Assembly (NCBI GenBank): GCA_965644265.1
Contig: OZ286474.1
Location: 23,498,001 to 23,562,000 of the forward strand
Length of the DNA stretch: 64,000 bases
Direction: 5' to 3'
DNA from: Glycera tridactyla
Lineage: Eukaryota
The notes beneath the pieces are model-generated. The model had not been told where the DNA came from. It did no database searches and was given only the letters and a program-made list of their open reading frames with translations. Position 1 is the stretch's first letter. Every line of letters begins with the position of its first letter. Of the stretch, positions 1 through 10,649 are shown piece by piece. A program made the position numbers and the translations under genes.

Positions 1-1153
1 CACCAAAAGCACACTATTAATAATGCATCCTCATGTACAGACATGCAGTCAGTCAATCTATGTCTGTCCAATATGTTGGGGCTCCATACATGAGGGTGAA
101 ACCAGCCTTCATGGGTATATATAATTGGTAAATGAACATGCTGGAGCAAAACTGGGATTAGCTTGCAGCAAGATCAATCCACTGTTCGTTTATGGTGAGA
201 TCATTCAGGCATTCTCACTCCCTCTGGATAGTATTTCATATTTTGAAAAATGTGTAGGCCTCATCACGAGGCACACTTTTTGCAGATTACTGGCGAACCA
301 TTCAGTATTATTGATTTTTCACCTTATATCAAGCATGATCTTCTTTTCATACTTCATTTTCACAATATAGCAACCTTGGTACACGAAGGATTACCTACAA
401 TAATCGAATAACCAAACATAATATGAAATGTCAAACATTATGCAGTGCTTTCGAGTCAATGATGATATTTTGGTTTCAACACTTGTTTGAAACATATAGA
501 TATTCAATTGGAAGACTTCCTTATCCTTACTTCAGAAGTGGAGTGACAAAATTATCCACTGTAACTTTCACTACTCATTCCGGTGCACAACCGCTGATAT
601 ACACAGCAGTTTGATGGGCTTTGATTCGCATGCAGGATTTCATATCTGTCTACATAATGTTTGCCTACCTGTCATTCTTATAACGGAAAATGGACTGACC
701 ATTGACACCCTTGAGTGCATGATAGCGCTCGCTGAAAGAGACATACATGTGGCCATCCATATGTGAATGTGAAACTAGACTTGCGAATCGCAGCCAATGC
801 AAAAAGTCAGGACTTGGCTTGGACCAAAATCAATCCACCGTTTATATATGATTATATAATTGTGGCATTCTAGCCCCCTCTGATCATTCTGGCTATTTCA
901 TGATTATGCAGACCTCAACAAGAGATACACTATTTCCAGATACAAGACTCACGATCTGAGATGCTTGAATCCTTTCTAGAATATCATTCTCCCAATCATT
1001 GTTCATCTCATTATAGTGTCCTTGGTGTACAATGGATGTTGCACAGTCAAATAATCAAACATGAGATGAATTGCTGAATGCAATACTACAATATTTATGC
1101 AGAGAACCTATGAGCAATTCCTTTTTGACAATCATTTCACCAATTGAGGAATA

Positions 1154-1190
<37 letters not shown>

Positions 1191-1502
1191 ACATGGGACA
1201 TACAAAACAATCCATCTGATTAGTATTCATAAACTTCGACTATTGAATTACTGAGTCAGATTCAGATTTATATCAGATGGAGGACTATGATGTCAGTCCT
1301 TATTTGGATGACGCTCCCATTTTGAAAAGGGTCCAGTCCTACCCGAGATTCCATCCATCGAGAGAGATATGACACAATTTAATAAGATGGAACTGGGTCA
1401 ATTCTGACGACAAATAAAAAAGGTGCAACAAACGTACATGGATCGAATGGTAGTCAGTAGGAATACCAGACATGTGCGCCTAGCAGCCAGACAATGAGAC
1501 TA

Positions 1503-1547
1503 AGGTCAAGGTCAGGCATGGGTGCATCCTCAGTGGATGGGTATAAA
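1503..1547 (+). promoter_or_regulatory. A-type core promoter: AGGTCA-based direct repeat plus TATA (equivalents at 9196, 17883, 25059, 31978, 40059, 47742)
   Basis: AGGTCAAGGTCA about 30-40 nt upstream of the TATA; first AGGTCA is invariant in all seven copies; upstream blocks AGGAATACCAGACATG and CATAAACTTCGAC also recur. Confidence 0.65.
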
Positions 1548-1636
1548 TGGTGGGAGACTGGCCATTTGGTCTCCACTCTCACCTTGTCCACCTATCTTGA
1601 AACATCCTTGTCACCTAGACACCATCCAACATCATC

Positions 1637-2364
1637 ATGAATGGATTCACAGTGGTTGCCTTACTTGCCTGCGTTAGCATGGCCTTTGCTGGTAAATACA
1701 TGGGAAACTACCAGGGTGAGTTTGTCTTTGTCACATCCATCCACACTCTTGATCAAATCATCGGAAAGGCTAGGGCCAATACGTGATGAGATCCTTCCAC
1801 ATTCTGATTCAATTTTGAATGTGGTAGGGGTGTGTTGGCTAATTTCCGTGCATTTATCACCATGGTGATATATCGATATGCCCATGCAATGGTTATGGGT
1901 GGCACCATTAGAAAGTCCTCTTTTTGGGCCCTTAACAAGAGGTAAAAAATTATGAAATTCATCGAAATCGTGAGTGTTTGATAGATTTAAAGGAAGTCTC
2001 GAAAGTCTCCATGTGGAGGTTCTATCATTTGCCTTCAGTCATCTCCTTCCAGCGATGTCTTATCATTTTGTTATCTTATGTTTCAGGTTCTTGCGGGGCT
2101 GATGGTATCTACTCTAATGGTAACAATGGCATCACATTCTGCTCAGGAGGTGTAGCTTCAACCCAGTACTGTGCTCCAGGTACAAGCCACTCATACAAGG
2201 CTGCCGCTGGTGCCTACGGTTACAGCTCTGGACTCTGTGATGTCAACCATAATGACAACAACTATGGCTATTACCCATCCTACCCCGGTGCCTACCATGG
2301 TGACTACCAAGGCAACTATGCCTACCCCAGTGGCTTTGCTCCTCACTTCAACCAAGTTCATTAA
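1637..2364 (+). CDS. A-type secreted Tyr/Gly-rich 4-Cys protein, copy A1 (118 aa; exons 1637-1715 + 2087-2364)
   Basis: TATAAA at 1542; ATG 1637; signal-peptide-like MNGFTVVALLACVSMAFA then GKYMGNYQ; phase-1 intron GTGAGT (1716) ... TTTCAG (2086); exon 2 GSCGADGIYSNGNNGITFCSGGVASTQYCAPGTSHSYKAAAGAYGYSSGLCDVNHNDNNYGYYPSYPGAYHGDYQGNYAYPSGFAPHFNQVH*. The same structure recurs in seven copies. Predicted mature 100 aa has 18 Gly and 15 Tyr. Confidence 0.92.
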
Positions 2365-3228
2365 ATTGCTGCCTTTGATTTGAACATCATCAACATCTAA
2401 AAGGTGGGTACGTATATCGAAATGACAGAGTATACCCATTCTCAATGTAATACAATCAAATCATTATCAGACCCATTTTTACATGTTCAATATGGTCATG
2501 AACATCTAGCCAATCAATCAGTCAGTCAGTTCATCAGTCAGTCAGTCAGTCAAGCAGTTGACCTCATATTATTAGCCACTCATTCCAGAACCGTGTGCTA
2601 CTTCTCTGGGCACTTCTCTTCTCTTGTAAATTTTGACATGTATTACATTGATGGAGACCTGGCGAACGTTATCCCTGTTGACTGATCTGGACAATTGGGT
2701 ATTCTGATTATTTCGTAGATATTGTGGGCACACCAGAATCTCGTTGGATTTCGGAAATATCGAGGGTTATTTGAAAGGGAGCTGGACCCCCCATTAATGA
2801 GGGCGTCTGCGCAATCGAAATGATGTAGAAACTTTCTATATCAATTGCTGGCAGGCGGAAGGGAGCAGCTATATGATCAAAGGAAAATTCTTGTGAATAC
2901 GTTGTTACCTTTCAATCGCACACTTGTACTGTTGCATGAATTATCACCATTCATTGATACATCTCTTGTCATTGAGGCTTTTCAGAATACTAAATACATA
3001 ACTCTTTATTTCGTGAGATATGTACGAGGTCACACTTGACCTAATCAGGTCGTATTATGTGCTTAGGCTAACAAACAGAGAAACTATTGAACAAGTAATA
3101 TAGAATATCATTATTTACATCAGTAGTCAGGTATGGTATTTGCATACATAAAGAGAGGTGGTTGATAGAACAGAGGGAACATAGCAGAGAGAGACAATTT
3201 AATACATGAAGGTTCGAGAGGAGTGTGT

Positions 3229-4005
3229 TTTGTTTGTTTGTTTGTTTGTTTGTTTGAGTTTAATGTCACTTAAACCCGCTTGGGTTATATCGGACTGAAA
3301 AACCGAAAATGCTGAAGAAAAGAGTCACTGCCTGCCGGGGGCCGTCCCTACTCTTTGCGAAAGACAGCAGTGGATCTTTAACGTGCCTCAAGGAAAAGGC
3401 TCCTAAATACCCGGCCGGCCTTTGATATCCCAGTCGGCATGCACTGGGTTAGCATGCATAGGATTCATATTTGTCTAAATATTCCCAATTCATGCAAATA
3501 ATCAAATATGTCTGTTGGATCGACTTTCATGAAAAGATGTGTCATATTTTCAACAGTGTAATACTTTACCCTAGTTTGCGATAGTTTTCTCCAGTCGAGC
3601 AATAAATGTTTGACTGTGAGATGGCATCCGCATGCAAAGCAATTGGGATTGCCTCGTTTTTTTAGGAGGTGTGAATGGGTGAGATATGTATGTCCTATCC
3701 TCAGACGGGAAAGTACTATCTCCTCTCTTCTATTTATAGTTCTCACAGGAAATCTGTCCTCCAGTTTTGGTCTGATACAATATAATTTATTTCGTTTTTT
3801 GGTTCCCCCATTCATTCTGCCAGAGTTGGTCAATGTAGAGCTTTATTCTTGGTTTGAAGTCTGAATATTGGATTTCCATCTCAGTGACTGGCAAACCTAG
3901 AACTTTTTTGGCCGCTTTATCGGCTGCCTCATTTCCAGGAATTCCGATATGGCTTGGAATCCAGCAAAGTCTAGCAGTCTTCTGATGATCTTTGATTATT
4001 TGATA
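3229..4005 (-). mobile_element. 5'-truncated copy of the same I-group LINE in intron 2 of A1
   Basis: Highly similar to 61002-61765; ORF 3465..3833; (TTTG)n tail at about 3229-3255. Confidence 0.9.
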
Positions 4006-4570
4006 TGTGTCTGTGGTTTGAAGTGGAAGATAATGATACTAGTTGGGAGGCATATGGATGATGTGTTGTTGTGGGCTGATATTTCATGTGTGGACAAATA
4101 TATTCATACTGTTGAAAGTCAATTTCAGAGCTCAATGAATGGAGAAATCCCTTGATAATCATGGACAGGTGGTATCAATTCTGCATTGTGAGGGACTATA
4201 TTCATGTGTGGAAGAGTTCCTGTATAAGTGATGTTTAATCCAAATATGGCAAGCGATTATTCATACATTTTCCTAGCATCTATAATAATCGGATGTAATC
4301 AGACATATTGCTGATTTCTCATTGGTTGGTTGGTTTCCTGGAACGTCACGTCAGCACCATCTGGGCTATATTGTGACGCCCATGCAATGGGCATGGTTGG
4401 GATCTTCCAAGACTCCACCTTCTGGGTCCCGAACGGAAGGTGAAAATTTATGAAATTCACACACACTCAAGGTGCCATCTCTGCAGGCTGATTCCTCAAG
4501 ATATTTAAGCCACGAATAAAGAATGTGTAATGTGACTATCAGTGGCTATACTCATGTTTTTCTGTTTCAG

Positions 4571-4740
4571 CTACGGACACTATGTCATGGTCCATATGTC
4601 ATGACCTGCAATACGTTCTGAGTTACTTTTGATCGTCGGTCACATTAGGACACACATTGGAGGTCCAGTCGATTGACCCTGTCTTTCGGTCACAACAACC
4701 AGGGTGGAGAAAAGCTGTACCTTATTTTTGTTTCAATAAA
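4571..4740 (+). other. Predicted non-coding terminal exon of A1 (equivalents: A2 10650-10819, A3 19337-19507, A4 27256-27389, A5 33978-34106, A6 43187-43356, A7 49680-49806; ends given at AATAAA)
   Basis: All seven A genes have a G|GTATGT-type donor 43-45 nt after the stop (GT at 2408, 10093, 18780, 26160, 33003, 41273, 49024) and, downstream, a homologous pyrimidine-tract/YAG acceptor followed 120-170 nt later by a perfect AATAAA. Confidence 0.7.
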
Positions 4741-4836
4741 ACAAAAACAAAAAACCCATGACCTACATTTAATTTGTTTGTCATTCCCCAAAATGACACC
4801 AAGACACCCATGCATAACCCCTTGGTTTGAATAATA

Positions 4837-5012
4837 CAGTCAAAGCTCTCTATAAAGACCGTCTCCGCAGGCATAAAAAAGTGGCCATCACAGGGAGGTG
4901 GTCTTCATAGAGGTCATTTACTACTGAAAATATGGCCACGTTCGCAGCTCAGGGTGGCCTTTATGGAGATGTGCTATTTACACAGAAGTGGCTTTCAGAG
5001 GAGGTTCATCTG
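4837..5012. mobile_element. Tc1/mariner-type MITE (TA TSD)
   Basis: TA-CAGTCAAAGCT...AGGTTCATCTG-TA; empty site visible at the paralogous position 27476-27495 (GATGCA-TA-CAGTTAATC). Confidence 0.8.
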
Positions 5013-8000
5013 TACAGTTGATCTTGAACCAACAAACTGATCTCTTGTGGTGTTTGTTTCTCGAGAATGATACTGATGCTAGGAAGGTGCTTCTTATTCC
5101 TGAACCCGATCTATATCAAGAAAGGCAAGTCATTCGTATTGGTTTTATAGCAAGAGGTCATGAGAAGGTCCTATCCTATAATAAGAATTCATATGGTTTT
5201 TATGCTCACATGTAGAACAATCGAGCTGGGGAATGCAGAATTTGAGGGAGAAATGGTACAGATAGATCTTCAGAATCAATCATTGGTTTCCTTTTCTAAG
5301 CAAGTATGGAATAGCAAGTGGATATCCTATCGCCATAGATTCCTGCTTTTATTGCATGACTGATTCTCATATTGAACAAAAGAAGTTATTCATACATGCC
5401 ATACTGGAATCATTGGCTTTATATCTGTCTAAATTGCATGATATTTACATGATATTGGAAAGGAACATCATTTCTCCAGTTGTTTACTCTGATCGGTACC
5501 AAATGACCAGTGAAATCAGGTGGAATGTCATATTCACATTTTTCCTGTCATTTGCTGATCGTCATTGTCATCCTCCAGGATTTGCATAAGACAGCTTGGT
5601 GTGTGCACCAAAAGATCAATTCATTGTGTGAGGAATAGCAGAAGATCCATTGATAAAAAACCATGAAAATGGAACTTTTCGAGCAGACAGTGATATTCTC
5701 AGACTTGGACTTGTGTCATATTCCATCATGTCCGAAAATAATCATACAATAAATCAATAAAGTCCCCAATTTCATGGCAACCAGTTTTGGTAGGTCTCTG
5801 CTAGACTCCCAAAAGCAGGTGTCTTGTCAACCCTTAATATTATGTCATGTATTAACCACCTAATCCAAGAGAAGTTGTCAAAAATCCCAAAAGCCATAAT
5901 AAGCCAACATGTGTACAAACATATGAGAGTAAAGGATCTCCTCAGTAATGCTCAGTCTGGATTCAAAAATGTCATTCTATGGGCTCATGCTTAGCTACGA
6001 CTCTTGGATGGCATTCATTGAGGCGGAGTCCTTGTTCTATGATCACTGTCTCATTGGCAGTATCAAAATTACTCTTACTCAGAACCATCCTAGAATTTGC
6101 AAATACATGGCTATTTGAATACAATATGAACATTACACATGAATATAACTCACTTTGAATTTGGCAGTAATCTTGGAAGGGTGTTCTCTGAGGAATGTTT
6201 GGGTGTGATGACTGGTACAAGGATAATTTTGATGAGCACATCAAGTAGTCAAATTGCCTCTGTAATCGTGAATTATCTGTAATCGACTGGGCCAGAAATC
6301 TAAAAAAAAAAACTCACTTCAATCCCTGCTATAACAAACATAAGTTCGACCAATCGATCTATAATGTGAGCTATGTTCTGAAGCAGAAACTGCTACAAAA
6401 AAATCAAGAACAAAGCATAGCATATAGTTTTTCGAGGAGGCCCATTATACAAGTACACATGATATGAACATGACGCATGAACAGGACTCACTTTGAACAC
6501 ATGGACTGTCTTACCTGCAGAATATGACCTGTAAAAGTATGCAAGACTTGACCTACGAACAATTAGCCGATTCAGAATTAGTCATAAACCACATGACTCT
6601 ACTGGTAACCTGCTATAGAATGCAACGAGAAGTTTCCACATTCACTCAATGCATCCATTCCATGAGCATATTGCTCCCACCTGAAGTCGTTCAAGTACAA
6701 TCATTCCCATTCCTACTGTTGGGTCTCTGAATAGAGTCAATATTTTTCTTTGTGTTTCCCTTCAGGAAAAAAGATATATACATGCTGGCATATTCAGACA
6801 CACACATGTGGTTGGCTTGCATTGGCAATCTTGTGCACCTACTATGCGGCTATATAGGGAAATAGCTGATCAGACCCTTGCTGGCCCTTATTCACCAGGA
6901 TATCATGGTCATTGCACAACTGTTTCAATAACGCTCACATGGTGTAAAAAACAACATCATGTGTTCCCCTCAGATTAAAAGCGAAACGGGGCTTTGAAAA
7001 ATAAGCACAGATGTATGGTCTACTTCATTGGCGGGAAATGGAGACTGCATCAAGCATAGATAGCCTGATCGAAATGAAAAGGATCATTATAGTTCTGAAT
7101 CAACTCCATGATCTCCCAGAGATGTATCACACTAAGGCTGGGTTATGATGTCAACAAACTTGGTTAATTGGTATTTGCGCAACAACCAGAGTAGCTCAAT
7201 CTGGACAAATAAATGAGTCACCTAATCATTTGATGAACATTTCCCTCAAGCATGTCGTCAAGCCTCATTATTTTACCGAGGATCACAACTTCTGCTGTTT
7301 CTCAGTTTGCATCACAACATTAGCTTTGTAAACAATTGCAACTTATACAGCAAAAAGCAAGCAATATTCCTAAAACCTGAGTTTCGATCTCGACCTGTAT
7401 CCATGATCTGATCAACCGCTGAAATGTATGATAGTTTTATGAGCTCGGATCTTTCATATTCCAACACATAAAATATATAGTGATGCCGAGGCTTTGCAAA
7501 CAAACCAGTAAGAACGATTGTAAATGAAGCTGATTATATTTTTGTGAGCCACAGGATTCTTACGTCATGCTCGAAATTACATATATGTCAGTGTCAATGT
7601 TTTCCCATTTATCTCCCCTTTTGCACAACAGAACCTGAATATTGATTTCCATTATTCTGTGATAGCATTGCACCCAGAAACATGCACAGGATAGTATATA
7701 CTTTTTCCGAAAATGATATATGTGTAGGCCTCATCACGAGGTACACTTTCGTAGATTACAGATAAACCATTCAGTATTATTGATTTTTCACCTCATATCA
7801 AGCCTGATCTTCTTTTCAAACTTTATCTTCACAATATAGCAACCTTGGTATACGAAGGTTTTCCTGCAATAATCAGACAACCGAACATAAGATAAATGGT
7901 CAGACATTATGCAGTACTCTCAAGTGAATGGTTGGTTTTTGGTCTTCATTATTCGTGAGACATATGAGAATTCAATTGGAAGACTTCTTTTCTTCAGAAG

Positions 8001-9329
8001 TGAAGTGACGAAATTATCAACTGCAACTTTTACTATTCATTCAGGTGCACAGCCACTGATATATACAGCAGTTTGATGGACTTTGTTATGCATGCCTGTG
8101 ATTCCATATCAGCGCATGTAGATGTTTGTCTACCTGTCATCCCTATGGCAGAAAAGCACCTGATCATTGACTCCCATGATTGCATTATAGCGATAGTTGA
8201 CAGAGGCATACATGGGACCACAGAGTAGCAGTAATGCATACTCAATTGCATGTATGCATACTCATGCCCACTATGTTTGTGCCATATGTGAACATCCATA
8301 TCTGCGTGCAAAACTAGACTTGCGCATTGCAGACAAGGTAAAATGTCATGACCTTGCTTGGACCAAAATCAACCCACTGTTTTTATAGGATGATATCATT
8401 GTGGCATTCTTGCCCCCTCTGACCAATATTGCTCATTTCATGATTACATAGACCTCAACAAGAGATACACTATTTCTAGATACCAGGCTCACGATCTGAG
8501 ATTCTTGAATCCTATCTAGAATTCTCCCAATCATGGTTCATCTCATCAAAGTGTCCTTGGTGTATAACGGATGTTGCACAGTCAAATAATCAAACTATCT
8601 CCAGTTACCAGACTCACGATCTCAGATTCTTGCATCCTATTTAGAATATCATTTTCCCTCCCAATCATGGTTCATCTCATCATAGTAACATCGGTGTACA
8701 ACGGATGTTACACAGTCAAACAATTAAACAGAAAATGAATTGCCAAATGCAGTACTACGATTTTCATGCAGAGAACCTATGAGCAATCCCTTTTTTGACA
8801 ATCATTTCACCGATTGAGGAACAATTTTAATATGTATATATATATATATATATTTATTTATATACATAGGGCTTCGGGAAACAAAACAATCGATCTGATT
8901 AGTATTCATAAACTTCGACTATTGAATTGATGAGTCATATTCAGATTTATATCAGATAGATGATTATTATGTCAGTCTCTAGTTGGATGACACTCCCAGT
9001 GTGAATATCGGTCAAATCCTACATGGGTCTCGAGCCATCAAGAGAGATATAACCCAATTGATGAGAAGGAACTAGGTCAATTCTGATAACATGTCTATTC
9101 TCATATATAAAAAGGTCCAACAAACGTACATATATCAAATCGTAGTCGGCAGGAATACCAGACATGCACACCTAGCCTTCAGACAATGAGAGTCAAGGTC
9201 AAGGTCAGTCATGGGTGCATCTTCAGTGGATGGCTATAAGAGACGGGAGGCTGGCCATTTGGTCTTCACTCTCACCTTGTCCTCATACCTTGGAACATCT
9301 TTGTGACCTAGACACCATCCAACATCATC

Positions 9330-10049
9330 ATGAACGGATTCACAGTGGTTGCCTTACTTGCCTGTGTTAGCATGGCCTTTGCTGGTAAATACATGGGAAA
9401 CTACCAGGGTAAGTTTGTCTTTGTCACATCCATCCACACTCTTGATCAAATCATCAGAAAGGCTAGGGCCAATATGTGATGAGATCCTTCCACATTCTGA
9501 TTCAATTTTGAATGTGGTAGGGGTGTGTTGGCTATTTTCCGTGCTATGATCACCATGGTGATATATCGAGATGCCCATGCAATGGTAATAGGTGGCATCA
9601 TTAGAAAGTCCTCTTTCTGGGCCCTTAACAAGAGGTGAAAATTTATGAAATTCATCGAAATCGTAAGTGTTTGATAGATTCAAAGGAAGTCTCGAAAGTC
9701 TCCATGTGGAGGTTTCTATCATTTGCCTTCAGTCATCTCCTTCCAGCAGTGTCTTATCATTTTGTTATCTTATGTTTCAGGTTCTTGCGGGGCTGATGGT
9801 ATCTACTCTAATGGTAACAATGGCATCACATTCTGCTCAGGAGGTGTAGCTTCAACCCAGTACTGTGCTCCCGGCACAAGCCACTCATACAAGGCTGCTG
9901 CTGGTGCCTACGGTTACGGATCTGGACTCTGTGACGTCAACCATAATGACAACAACTATGGCTATTACCCTGGTGCCTACCATGGTGCCTACCCAGGCAA
10001 CTATGCCTATCCTGGTGGCTTCGCTCCTCACTTTAACCGAGTTCATTAA
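9330..10049 (+). CDS. A-type copy A2 (115 aa; exons 9330-9408 + 9781-10049)
   Basis: TATAAGA 9235; same signal exon; GTAAGT donor 9409, TTTCAG acceptor 9780; exon 2 matches the tail of ORF 9723..10049 and ends NYGYYPGAYHGAYPGNYAYPGGFAPHFNRVH*. Confidence 0.92.
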
Positions 10050-10649
10050 ATTTCTGCCTGTGATTTGAACATCATCAACATCTAAAAGTTGGGTATGTAT
10101 ATTGAGGTGACGGAATATACCCATGCTCAATGTAATACACTGCAAGCTTTCTCTTACCCATCTTTGATTCCAGTCAAACTGGTTCTTTTTTTTCAAATCG
10201 TGATTATGGAAAAATGATCACAAGTACATTCAAAATGGCACTTTTACCGGATATCTTGAATAGATGTGCTTCACCGAATCTCCCAAGCTTTCTCTACCCC
10301 TCTCTCTACAAACATATATACACGCACGAACACAAACAAACACACACGGAGACATACATAACTATTTTTGTAGATATTTTGGGACAAACCAGCCTTTCGT
10401 TGGATGTAGATGCTCTCAATTACTAAGGTGAAAGACTATATTTCTGTTTCTCAGAGACATCCTGTGTAGGTGATGGCAATCCATAAGTAGAGAGAGAGCT
10501 TGAGATTGCAATCATAATCAATTATTAGTTTTCCTCAGTATCCATAACAATTGGAAGTGCTCAGACTGATTTCCCAAGATGGCCATAGCCATGAATCTAC
10601 AAAATGTGTTGTGAATATCAGAGGCTACATTCATGACTTTCTGTTTCAG

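Larger units (their letters stand above)
4571..6720 (+). mobile_element. Same ancient CR1/L2 LINE remnant downstream of A1, internally deleted
   Basis: Nucleotide homology to unit 2, e.g. 6165-6245 vs 12760-12845; boundaries approximate. Confidence 0.55.

Noticed and set aside
1661-1962. Recurring antisense ORFs over exon 1 and intron 1 (also 9354-9722, 18041-18409)
   Set aside because: They overlap the signal exon and the intronic retroposon, recur only through duplication, and are not kept in A4-A7.
1978-2364. ORF-track starts for the A genes (1978, 9723, 18410, 25829, 48616)
   Set aside because: These starts lie in intron 1; the conserved ATG, signal peptide and splice sites define the upstream exon instead.
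2171-2445. Thr-rich alternative-frame and Val-rich antisense ORFs over exon 2, repeated in each copy
   Set aside because: Shadows of the conserved real frame; their ends and lengths vary between copies.
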